Assembly (NCBI GenBank): GCA_002269645.1
Contig: NIVC01000413.1
Coordinates: forward strand, 372,001-436,000
Direction: 5' to 3'
From: Macrostomum lignano
Taxonomy: Eukaryota
DNA: 64,000 nt
Position numbers and translations under genes: made by a program. Shown in pieces: positions 16,551 through 28,029 of this stretch. The notes under the pieces were generated by a model. That model was given only the letters and a program-made list of their open reading frames with translations, was not told the origin of the DNA and made no database searches. Each line of letters starts with the position of its first letter. Positions within the stretch are counted from its first letter, which is position 1.

Positions 16551-18541
16551 TTGATGGGTTTCGACCTTCGGGCTCCTTGTTAGGGAAGCCTTCGGGCCTC
16601 AGGCTCAGAAATAAATCAATTAGAGACCTGGCCCCCCACTCCTGTCAGATGGTCAGCCACATGGTAGCTTGATCGTGTGGCGAGCAGCCTAGGTCCTATA
16701 GCTAAGAGAGGGACAGCGAGAGACGAGCAGGGAGAATTTTGAAAGTAGAAATTAGCTAATCCGCAGATCAACTAACTTGCTGCCACCAGCCCGTGCGCCC
16801 TGGCTCACCACACCGGGACTCTCGAAATCGGGCTTCCGACTAGAAGGGGCTTTGCACTTACCTGCCAACTAGTGTCTTTTTGCTGTCAATCTCGAAGTCA
16901 TAGCCGATGATAAGGGACACTGCTGGGACTAGATCGCGTTGGCCATGCAGGTACAGAGGGGACTTGTGCAGGGGATTCTTGCGGTGGCGAGTCTATGGGG
17001 TAGCTACATGTACTATTACATTGCTAAATACGAAAATATGTACTTTTGGCCTTCAACGCGCCAACTAGCCTCTCATAGCGCTGATGATAGACTAACTCGA
17101 ACTTCAGAGACCGCATGATTCATTTACCCGAGCCGCTTGGCTACCCTAGAGTGCACAAAGTACATCTCTGGCGCCGATTCTGCACTTCTGGCAGTTTTGC
17201 TCACTGATTTGATAGATTGGTCGACTGAGAACTGCCTTGCCATTGGTCCACTGTGACCGGCGCCTACTAGCTTAGCTACTCATCTGAGCCATCGGCGAAC
17301 AAAGAAATAAAACCGACAAAAATAACTGTTAGATTTAACCTTCTCCTTAGTTCACTTCACACCTCAGATTGAATTGGAGTCTTAGACTACTAGCAGTATT
17401 ATTGAATGATTCCTGCCTCAGCAACAGCACTACTGAACAAAATGAGCAAAAGTGTGCGCCTAATTCAGCTACTGCAACAGGGGACAGAAAAGGGATCACC
17501 CAATCAAGCAAGTCTAGGTAGCCTCTCACCCAACCAATCAGAAACTCAACAGCCGGAGACCAGGTAATCCACAGTGACCGAATCGGCTCGATGCTCTGCA
17601 GCTGTAGACTCGGGATGATGCTGTCACAATCTTTGCTGTTAGCTAGCAGGTGATGCTCTTAACTTGATGTTCGCTGCTGACGACCGGGGGACTCGTCCTT
17701 GATGATGATGGGGGGAAGTCGCAATCCGGGGATCAAGAAACGACGGTCGTGCTCCGGGAACCAGAAGTTGCGCGCTGGGCCCGAGCCAAAGTTGAGTCCG
17801 AGCGGGCCAAAAACTCCGGTTTAAATAGCCGCCAACTGGACCGCAGTTTGTTATAATGGAACACGTCGATTCTGATTGGCTGAGCCGTTTTGTTAAAATG
17901 AGCGCCGAATTTTCTGATTGGCTAAGCTTGTTGCTACCCAGAATCACGTGACCGAGAGATCCTATCAGTTCCCACAGGGTCGTAAAAAGATGACAGGTGC
18001 GGCCATAAATCACTCAAAATCGCAACAAAATGATTTATGACCTTTCGCGTAGGATTGACAGAAATTAATGAAAAAATATACATTAGAAAGCTCTTGTTAA
18101 ATAGAAAGTGAAGATAATGAAGAGAAATCGCTAATCGCTAATCCCAAAGTACTTTTAGGGGTAAAACGCATAGCTGTCAAAGCTGTCACACGCTTGAGTG
18201 AACACGAACAATAGGCTCTGACCTCATAAATCTTGATGGCCTGTCAAAATGATGAGAAAAAAGCTACCGCCCGCATCCTCTCAGACCATCTGGCGCCCGC
18301 TTCAACACTGAGTGAGGCGCAGGTGGCTGTCAGACCAACTTTGAAAGCGATGATTTATGACCCAAAAAGCTGCGCCTATGTTATTATGACTACTAGTATG
18401 ACCAGACATTATATCTAGTATAGTTTCTATGAAAATTCGCAGAAAAAGGATAAAAATGCCCATTGCCCACTGTTAGTAGGCAAGTAAGTTTAGAGCCCAT
18501 GTGCTAGCGCGGGATTTGGGAAAAAGTGCGTCCTCATCATA

Positions 18542-18582
18542 CTAATAATAATAATTGTAATAATAATACTAGCAATAAGAAC

Positions 18583-18648
<66 letters not shown>

Positions 18649-18685
18649 AATAATAATACTAACAACAATAACTATAATAATAATG
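18542..18685 (+). repeat. (AAT)n microsatellite
   Basis: Direct inspection. Confidence 0.95.
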
Positions 18686-18829
18686 ACCTGTTATTTGTTT
18701 AAAAAATTGAAAGTCATGCACATAGTCTTTAACGTCGTTTAAGTAGCAAAAGACAAAAGCGGAAATTTCTTCGCGAAATCTAGAAGTTTGTTATTCTATA
18801 TATTTGTACTTTTACAGAAATTTAAAATA

Positions 18830-20393
18830 TACTTTTTTTGCGATTGAATTCGTCCAAACTGCAAAACCTTTCGTCCACAAATGCTTTCTTAATGGGAGCT
18901 AAATTTAGATCATACCATAGACAACTGTGTTCACGCAAAACGGTTCATCCAGTTTGTAAAACATTTCGTCCCCTAGACTAGAGACCGAGTGTACTGTTCC
19001 TACCATAGTTAACACCCAATTGACAGTTCGCTTTTGCTACCACTTCAGCTACAGCAACGCATATCTTCCATTCTGAACCCGGCAAAACAGTCGAAGATGA
19101 ACCGAGGCTCCTACCATCCAGTGTCAAACGAAGAACGCAGGCGATTAGCCTTGGCTGTTGAAGAAGGCCGCGATTGGAAACAACTGGCCGATATCCTTGG
19201 GATCAAGAGAAAGACAGCCAAAACGATTGTCGACACCTACGTTCAAACCGGGGGCATTGAGAAGCTTCCATCAGCAGGTGGCCGTCCGAAGCAACTGCAA
19301 GAGCAGCAGATTGAGTCAATCATCGAGTTCCTCGAGGCAAACCCGTCCGCGACATTACAAATGATGCGGAACCATCTGATGCAACTTGGCAACGAAGGTC
19401 AACTTCCTCATGTCTCAACCATAAGTCGAGCACTTGACAAACAGCTGGTGACTTTGAAGCTGGCTAGGCAGATTACGTTTGATTGGAACGACCCAGTTGT
19501 GAAGGTGGCGAGATGTGAGTACGCACAGTGGATGATGAACGAAGGACACGACAGGAACCAGATTTTTCTCGATGAGTTCGGGCTGAACCTGTGGACGGCG
19601 AGAACTCAATGATGGGCATATCGAGGCCAGCCTGCGGTGAGAACGGTATGTGGCCAGCGCGGACAAAACCTGACTCTCCGCTTGGCCATATCTCCGCAAT
19701 GGGGACTTGTTCACTATGCGCTGGTGGAAGGAGGTTTTCGAGCTCAAAATTTTGCAGACTTCTTAGTAGAGCTGGATGTCCTGGTGGAGGCTGAGTCGGT
19801 GGCGATCTTTGATGGGGCCCGCGCTCACCTTCAAGTCCCTGAACTTTCACCGCAACACAGCACCTATCAATTGCCACCGTACTCACCGTATCTCAACCTA
19901 ACTGAGCGCGCAGGGTCTTCCATGAAGGCATCAGTGAAGAGGGCACTGTCAGTTCCCGCTATTCAGCACGAGCTCTCTAATCGGCAAGCTGCTGCTGCTG
20001 CGAACCTGACTCTGCATGCCTGGCGGATGCACATTTTGAAGAGAGAGGTCGAAGCTGCACTGCACGTGATTACAGAGGAGAAGTGCCAGCAATGGACCAA
20101 TCACACTGTGGGTTACTACGGCCGCTGTTTGGACTACGAAGACATTTTGAACTAACATTCTAACAAGAGACACTGTTTTTGCTTTGTTCAATATCTCTTG
20201 ATATCAAATAAAGTCGCTCCGTTTAGCTGTTAGCTGTTTCGACGAAGGGTTTAGACGAAACGTTTTGCAAACTGGATGAACCGTTTTGCGTGAACACAGT
20301 TGTCTATGGTATAATCTAAATTTAGCTCCCATTAAGAAAGCGTTAGTGGACGATAGGTTTTGCAGTTTGGACGAATTCAATCGCAAAAAAGTA
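18830..20393 (+). mobile_element. IS630/Tc1/mariner-superfamily DNA transposon, about 1.56 kb, with about 140-bp TIRs and TA target duplication
   Basis: TACTTTTTTTGCGATTGAATTCGTCCAAACTGC...TTCGTC (18830-18970) is the near-perfect reverse complement of about 20255-20393; flanked by TA at 18828-29 and 20394-95. Confidence 0.93.
19097..20155 (+). pseudogene. Transposase (HTH-HTH plus DDE) with a single in-frame TGA at 19610-19612
   Basis: ORFs 19034-19612 and 19637-20155 share a frame. Motifs GGRP, STISRAL, IFLDEFG, RTQ*WAYRG, IFDGARAH and LPPYSPYLNLTE. Confidence 0.9.
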
Positions 20394-20654
20394 TATTAAA
20401 AATGATTGCAATAAATTTTGGGCTTCACACTTACAACGAAAATAGTTATAGAATTGAAGCCAGATGAATTTAGGACAAAAATTGTTAATTTTTGCGCGTC
20501 TGATAGACATCAATGCAAGTAGTATCAGAAGCATTTTCAATGTATTTTTTCGGTTAATCATTAAGTTGAACACAATGTAGGGTAAGCAAGAATTTTTCCA
20601 TTTTCACAACGTGACATTTTGGGACAACAGTTTTTTACCTTGGAAAATGATATT

Positions 20655-20940
20655 AATGAGATTGGTGAGACTCGTGAGATTGGTGAGATTAGTGAGATTG
20701 GTGAGATTGGTGAAATTAGTGAGATTCGTGAGATTGATGAGATTAGTGAAATAGGTGAGATTAGTGAGATTAGTGAGATTAATGAGATTGGTGAGACTGG
20801 TGAGATTGGTGAGATTAATGAGATTGGTGAGATTTGTGAGATTGGTGAGATTGGTGAGATTGGTGAGATTGGTGAGATTGATGAGATAGATGAGATCGGT
20901 GAGATTGCTGAGATTTGTGAGATTTGTGAGATTAGCGAGC
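20655..20940 (+). repeat. Degenerate 9-bp tandem repeat (GAGATTGGT)
   Basis: Direct inspection; source of the EIG/LTN/SPI ORFs. Confidence 0.9.
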
Positions 20941-21409
20941 ATTTTAAATATACTTTAAATCTTATAATACCATATTCCACAAATTCAAAGTCTGATATCG
21001 AAAACAAGTTCGATGACCAGTTGATAAGTTTGGTAGTATTTCTTTGGAATAGTACAAACAAGTAACCCTCGGGGAGAGCATCGCCTCTCTCTGGCCTAGG
21101 CAGTTGCCCATGAAATAAGCATAAAATAAGCCTAACCCTAATGGATTTCCGCTCGGGCAGCACTTGAAGGGAAAAATGTACTAATTCTCATCCTTAAGAC
21201 AGCAAATTTTTCTTGCGTGCAATGGCCCATGTCGAATGCTGCTCGAGCAGGGCAAAATCAAAACTGACTATTTTATTATTAGAAAACTGCCAGGGGGAAA
21301 CTGATAATTACAGGTTCCCTGGGGGCATTTTTGTAAACTAAAATAGGAATCAGGAAATGGAAAGAAGAGAAGGGGAGAAATAAAATAAGCAACAACAAGT
21401 TGCACTTAC

Positions 21410-21884
21410 ACTCGCTTTACCTCTCTCAAACTCTCTCTGCCAACCGATCTCTCTAACTCTCACCTTAGCCACTCACCTTACCTCTCCCTCTACCTTTCTC
21501 TCTACCTCTCTCTCTCTCTACTTCTCTCTCTACCTCTCTACCTCTCTACCTCTCTACATCTCTCTACCTCTCTCTCTACCTCTCTACCTCTCTCTCTACC
21601 TCTCTCTCTACCCCTCTCTCTACCTCTCTACCTCTCTCTACCAACTAGTCTCTTTACCTCTCCACCTCTCTCCTTAAATCCCTCCAACTCTCTCTAACTC
21701 TCCTTAACTCTGTCTTCCTCTCTGCCTCTCTCTCTCTGCCTCTCTCTCTCTGCCTCTCTCTCTCTGCCTCTCTCTCTCTGCCTCTCTCTCTGTCTCTCTC
21801 TCTCTGCCTCTCTCTCTCTGTCTCTCTCTCTCTGCCTCTCTCTCTCTGTCTCTCTCTCTCTGTCTCTCTCTCTCTGCCTCTCTC

Positions 21885-21945
<61 letters not shown>

Positions 21946-21995
21946 ACCTTTCGCTATCTTTTTCTTACCTATCTTTCTCTTTACCTCTCTCTACC
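21410..21995 (+). repeat. (CT)n-rich compound microsatellite
   Basis: Direct inspection. Confidence 0.9.
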
Positions 21996-22659
21996 TACAC
22001 GATAACCTACAAGCAGACATAAGCCAATTCCCGATATGTGGCGCAGTCTTTATATTAGACTATGAAACTGCACTAAAATTTTAGCAATATGGATTTGTTT
22101 CAGGGAAAAGTACAACTATGGGTCAGAAAGCCATCAAAACTGATTATTCAGTTTGCAAAGGACTAATGGGAATGAAAAATACGCTCAACAATCCCAGGGT
22201 CCTGAAGCAGATTTGTTGCAGAATTTTATCAAATAGAAAGGGGACGAGATCGAATAAAAAGAAGCACGGACAGGGACGCCTATTTAAAGAAATCTGGTTT
22301 GGCGGCTCCCTTAGCAAGTTTGACGAATTCACGATATCAAAATTTCAAAAATATTTCACATTAAAGTCTTTTTTTAACCATTTTAATTAGTTCCTGTTCG
22401 GTACAAGTATGCTCTGTGCTCGAAGTGCGTTGCATACTTAAAAAATCTGTGAAATTCTATCAGTCCAAAACTACATTTGATTCAACCACTGGGTACAGGA
22501 TCTATAGCCCTTGAAATTAAGAAGAAGTAAGCTTTGCACAACTGACTGAAAATGGTCAGAGACAGCATCTGTAGCATCGGATTACAGTCAGGAACAGGTG
22601 CTGTCTCTGGTTTCTAACAACGTCTGCTTATTTTAAGGACTAGCCTTTGCACCTGCACC

Positions 22660-23241
22660 CAGGGGCGTAGCCAGGAATTTTGATTGGGGGGGGGCCGTGA
22701 GTTAGGGGGCGCCAGCTTCTTATAGGGGGGCGCCAGTTTCTTTTAGGGGGGGGCGCCAGTTTCTTATAGGGGGGGGGGCGCCAGTTTCTTTTAGGGGGGC
22801 GCCAGTTTCTTTTAGGGGGGCGCCAGTTTCTTATAGGGGGGCGCCAGTTTCTTTTAGGGGGGGGGGCGCCAGTTTCTTTTAGGAGGGGCCGGGGGCACCA
22901 GTTTCTTTTAGGGGGGGGGCGCCAGTTTCTTATAGGGGGGGGGCGCCAGTTTCTTTTAGGGGGGGCGCCAGTTTCTTTTAGGGGGGGCGCCAGTTTCTTT
23001 TAGGGGGGGCGCCAGTTTCTTTTAGGGGGGGGGGCGCCAGTTTCTTTTAGGGGGGGGGTGCCAGTTTCTTTTAGGGGGGGTGCCAGTTTCTTTTAGGGGG
23101 GGGCGCCAGTTTCTTATAGGGGGGGCGCCAGTTTCTTATAGGGGGGGGGCGCCAGTTTCTTATAGGGGGGGGGCGCCAAGGCCAGAGTTGGTGATTGGGG
23201 GGGCCACGGCCCCCCTTGCCCCCCCTCTGGCTACGCCCCTG
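22660..23241. mobile_element. hAT-type MITE (582 bp) with 15-bp TIRs, 8-bp TSD and an internal G-tract tandem array
   Basis: TIR CAGGGGCGTAGCCAG / CTGGCTACGCCCCTG; TSD CCTGCACC at 22652-59 and 23242-49; interior is (G5-10)CGCCAGTTTCTT[T/A]TA repeats. Confidence 0.88.
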
Positions 23242-23317
23242 CCTGCACCCAGGAGAGCTGATTTAAAATACGCTGTAAATCTGATGCATGCTGTACCGAT
23301 CGTGATACAAGCCAAGA

Positions 23318-23570
23318 GGGTGTTGGGTTGTAGCCCAGTGGTGGCGGCGGACTCACGACTGAAAGGTCGGGGGATCGATTCTCGAGCTACTCGTAACAAT
23401 TTGTGTCCTCATTGAGCAAGACTCTTGGGTGCCAGCATTAGCTGGGGTAATTGAGGGTGTGTGGCGACCCCCCCCCCAGTCCTTGGACTGAACAGCCGAA
23501 CGCAGCCTTCATATCTGGAAATCTGGCCATTATGGCAGGTGTAATTAGTTATTATAATTATAATTACTCA
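23318..23570 (+). mobile_element. tRNA-derived SINE (copy 2, central deletion)
   Basis: TAGCCCAGTGG, GGATCGATTC and GGGTGCCAGCATTAGCTGGGGTAATTGAGGGTGTGTGGCGACCCC match copy 1; the CACCCAGCTGTAAAAT block is missing. Confidence 0.8.
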
Positions 23571-24212
23571 ATCCAAGCAAATAATTACCATAGACAGTCT
23601 CGTCAGCATGGCTCTGGCTGAGTCGAGAGTATTTTAGCCATAGACATTCACTGTCAAAAGGCTGAAAACTGGTATGGTAGAGCGTTGGTTCATGTCAAGC
23701 ACAGAAAACTAAAGTCCAGCCGGGCCAGTGAGAACGAACATTCAATCCAGCAAATCGAGCTGAGCTGTGTCGCTTTTTGACCCCGCCGTCGTTCAATCGT
23801 ACACGACTGCACGAAGCTACAATACATCCGAGAAGTCAGAAGGTGAAATCTCTTCATACACATCCCTTTTAGTTTCTAAATTCAGCAATCCGAATTAACC
23901 TCCGACTCTATGTGACAATGTGACAATGCAATTGGTTTATTTGCGATAGGCTGGGTGTCAGAGTTGAGTAGAGATTGTCTATGGTCAAGCCTGTTTTTGA
24001 TTCGCTGATGGGTAGAGAGTGAAGCCATAGACTAAAGTTCATTTTAATCTGGATAGGGACGATGTAGACTTTTGTTTCCACTCTGGTCTGCTTGCCGTGT
24101 CCAGAGAAATCTGCTTGACCAAAATACATTTCCCTTATCGAACTTAACACTGGCTTGGAAAATTCCAGACTAAACTTCATTGATTGTTAGATTAATAGCG
24201 GGATCACCTTAG

Positions 24213-24432
24213 CATCTGAAGGCTCTGAAGGCTGGGGAGTCGCCACACACACCCTCAATTACCCCAGCTAATGCTGGCACCCATTTTACAGCTGGGTGCA
24301 TGAACTGAAGCAATGGAAGAGTTAAGTGCCTTGCTCAATGAGGACACAAATTTTTACTAGTAGTAGGTCAAGAATCGAACCTCCGACCTTTAAGTCATGA
24401 GTTCGACGCTCTAACCACTTGGCTAAAATCCC
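24213..24432 (-). mobile_element. tRNA-derived SINE (copy 3)
   Basis: The reverse complement matches the head and central domain of copy 1; the 3' part is shortened. Confidence 0.8.
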
Positions 24433-25104
24433 TCACTGATTGATTCCTCAAAAAAGATCATAGTCAAGCCTGGAAAAGTGATTGACAATGTCGAAATTCT
24501 GTAATGATAATTCTATAGTAATGTTATATTGTCACTCCAGATAACTATCTGTGATACTCCCTGGCGGGCAGAGACAGAACAACGCAGGGACAGATGGTCT
24601 TTGCGTGACAGATTGCTCCACCCTAGCATCCCCCTAGCAGCCAGGGATCGAGTGCGATTACTGACTCTGATTGAGGCTATGGATTTGAGCTCGTATGGGC
24701 TATGCTCATAAATATCTGCTGTTGACGACAGCGCCACTCCAAATGCAGTTCAGTCTCCATTGCTGCATATTTCTGAAGCCAGCGGTTGTGCTTTAGAAAT
24801 TCGATAGTGGTCCCAGGCTGCTCTTTTTGACTAATTTTTTTACGAGCAGATTGCTATTTTTGCCTTGCTTTTTTCAGCGATTTTTCTGTTCATTCTCTAA
24901 ACCTGTCAATCTTTTTCTCTGTTTAAAGCTCCTCCTATTTCTGTATAACTTTCTTCCATAAATTTCCCTGTCGTCTCTTCTGTCCATCATCCTCAGTGTT
25001 CTATTTCTGTGTTTCTGTCTTTTGTCTGATTTCCACTCTCCCGTTTTGAAAATCTCCCACTATTAGTCTCTGTCCTCTCGTTATATCTCTCACTAGTCTT
25101 ATCT

Positions 25105-25740
25105 CCCTGCCGTTCTATCTCCCTCCCGTTCTATCTATCTCCCGTTCTATCTATCTCCCGTTCTATCTCCCTCCCGTTCTATCTCCCTCCTGTTCTATCG
25201 CTCTACCGTTCTACGAGAGATAGAACGTACTCGTACCTATCTCCCGTTCTATCTCCCTCCCGTTCTATCTCTCTCCCGTTCTATCTCTCTCCCGTTCTAT
25301 CTCTCTCCCGTTCTATCTCTCTCCCGTTCTATCTCCCTCCCGTTCTATCTCCCGTTCTATCTCTCTCCCGTTCTATCTCTCTCCCGTTCTATCTCCCTCC
25401 CGTTCCATCTCCCTCCCGTTCTATCTCTCTCCCGTTCTATCTCTCTCCCGTTCTATCTCCCGTTCTATCTCTCTCCCGTTCTATCTCTCTCCCGTTCTAT
25501 CTCTCTCCCGTTCTATCTCCCGTTCTATCTCCCGTTCTATCTCCCTCCCGTTCTATCTCTCTCCCGTTCTATCTCCCGTTCTATCTCTCTCCCGTTCTAT
25601 CTCTCTCCCTTTCTATCTCTCTCCCGTTCTATCTCTCTCCCTTTCTATCTCTCTTCGTTCTATCTCTCACCCGTTCTATCTCCCTGCCATTCTATCTCCC
25701 TCCCGTTATTTTTTCTCCCGTTGTATCTCTCTCCCACTCT
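25105..25740 (+). repeat. 16-bp pyrimidine-rich minisatellite (CTATCTCTCTCCCGTT)
   Basis: Direct inspection. Confidence 0.92.
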
Positions 25741-26079
25741 ATCTATATTTTGTCCGTCTTAGCTTTATTCTATCCATCCAAGGAGATCAATCATTCCATA
25801 TTTTCGGCCTAGTACAGCTTTCCAGATCTCTACGACAAAAAAAGTTCTTTTTCTGTCAATACCGAATGTGTTCTGGGAGCCATAGTTTCTTAGAACCATG
25901 GGTTTCTTGGAAATCGCCTTGGGGATCTACTAATGTAGGATGCAGCTTCCTAGTCAACTGTGGGTGAGGGGATTCTGCTAATCAACGCAGATGCCTTAGA
26001 GCAAAAAATCACGCCCCAGCTCAGTCACTGCAGATTGCTTTAGTGACGGCGGTGAAAGAGAAAACAGCTTTTACTTGAG

Positions 26080-26335
26080 ACGGAGAGATCAGAGAGAGAT
26101 CAGAGAGAGATCAGAGAGAGATCAGAGAGAGATCAGAGAGAGATCAGAGAGAGATCAGAGAGAGATCAGAGAGAGATCAGAGAGAGATCAGAGAGAGATC
26201 AGAGAGAGATCAGAGAGAGATCAGAGAGAGATCAGAGAGAGATCAGAGAAAGATCAGAGAGAGATCAGAGAGAGATCAGAGAGAGATCAGAGAGAGATCA
26301 GAGAAAGATCAGAGAGAGATCAGAGAGAGATCAGC
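26080..26335 (+). repeat. 11-bp tandem repeat (GATCAGAGAGA)
   Basis: Direct inspection. Confidence 0.95.
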
Positions 26336-26764
26336 ACAGGCGAAGGAACAGGGATTTGCTGCAAGGCGCCTGTCAGCTACTCTGCTAGAGCAGGTGTGGC
26401 GGAAAACATCCCCGATCTCTTATTCAGTTTGAGCTCTTAAAGTTTCCGCCCAGGAACAGATGCAGATAAGATGCAAGCAAAGCGCATCTTTTTGAAAGAG
26501 TTCCCGCGCATCCTCTGCAACTTCAATACTCTCCGAATGGGCGGCAGATGCTTCTAAAAAAATTAGCAACACATTTTCTGACATGTGAAAAATAGTTCTT
26601 TCGGGCATCTTGAAGCTAGATGTTCGCCAGAGATGTTTTTCAGAATCTGTCCGTTTTGAATTCATGCACACCTTGCTCTACTGATAGTAGGGTGCACTTT
26701 CAAATTTATTTATTTACTATTCAGTTATTCAACGGAGCGTCCCAAATGCAATATTGTCACATCG

Positions 26765-27160
26765 CACCGGTTCTTTCCTTCTCGGTTCTTCCTTCACCGG
26801 TCCTTCCTCTACCGGTTCTTCCTCTACCGGTCCTTCCTCTACCGGTTCTTCCAATACCGGTCCTTCCTCTACCGGTCCTTCCTCTACCGGTCCTTCCTCT
26901 ACCGGTCCTTCCTCTACCTGTCCTTCCTCTACCGGTTCTTCCTCTACCTGTCCTTCCTCTACCGGTTCTTCCTCTACCGGTTCTTCCTCTACCGGTCCTT
27001 CCTCTACCGGTTCTATCATCACCAGTTCTATCACCGGTCCAATCACCGGTTCCTTTATCACCGGTTCCTCTATCACCATTTCCTCTATCACCAGTTATTT
27101 TATCACTGGTTTTTATCACCGGTTCTTGCATCTGGTTCCTCTATCACCGGTTCTTCCCCT
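26765..27160 (+). repeat. 15-bp tandem repeat (ACCGGTCCTTCCTCT), degenerating at its 3' end
   Basis: Direct inspection. Confidence 0.9.
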
Positions 27161-28029
27161 ACCGGTAATTCCTGCAGCAGCTCTTCCTGCATTGCTTCTT
27201 TCTATATGCACATGTACACCAGTTCCGAATCGATCAGGCAAGCTCTTCATCCATATTTCGCTCCATTTATTTCCTTATTTAGAAATTTCTACCTAAAATG
27301 CTACTTAAGGACATGGCAGAATGCAGCTCTGCCTACCAATACTGTTTGTGTCAGTTGGAGCGGCAAGCGATCAACGACTGACAATGTAAACTCAGCTACC
27401 AAACTCAGTCATAATTGTTCAGTCCCTGTAAACAATTCTTGTACAGAAACAATTTTTGCTACTATTTTTATCAATCAGCTTTTCAATTTCCTGAATCTGT
27501 CTGGCGCATGGAATCGGAAGCTTCTAACGTTTCCTGCTTAGACTAAATTTGCGAATGGCAGTGGAGTTTAGTTTGTAAACACTTTCTCCGCTGGAGTTGC
27601 ACATTACTAATAATAATAAGGATGCTGGAGGATGAAGGCCAGACTCTCATTGGCTGGAGGCAATCTTAGTCACGTGATGCCGCTGTGTTATCTAGCGGAT
27701 CAAAGCTGCCGGGACCGCTTCGAATGCAGCAGGCAAGATTCCAAAATCTACCATTGAATCATGTCAGCAGCGTCAGCTTCTACAAAAGGTTCACAGCGGT
27801 GCAGCGCCTTGAATTTCAAGCAGCTGGGGACGAACAGCGACTGCAGTGAGCCGGGGCACCAGCAGCAGAGGGTCTCCGGCTCGTGCCAGGAGTTGACGCG
27901 AGAGCGGCTGCGGCTGCACCTGCAGATGCGAAGGCCTGCAGAGTTTGCCATCGATCAGGACACGCTGAACACGTGAGTGTTGGGTCAGAGTGAGCATCGC
28001 TTGGCATTGGATTGAAGCTTACAAGTCTA

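Noticed and set aside
26729-27296. PVL, GRT, SSTGP and EEGPV low-complexity ORFs resembling mucin or collagen-like proteins
   Set aside because: All derive from one 15-bp tandem repeat that is open in several frames.
27748-27951. Minus-strand reading PGSLQSL resembling a SOCS box
   Set aside because: The following CR..IR consensus is missing, and a strong plus-strand donor (GTGAGT at 27973) favours the other strand.
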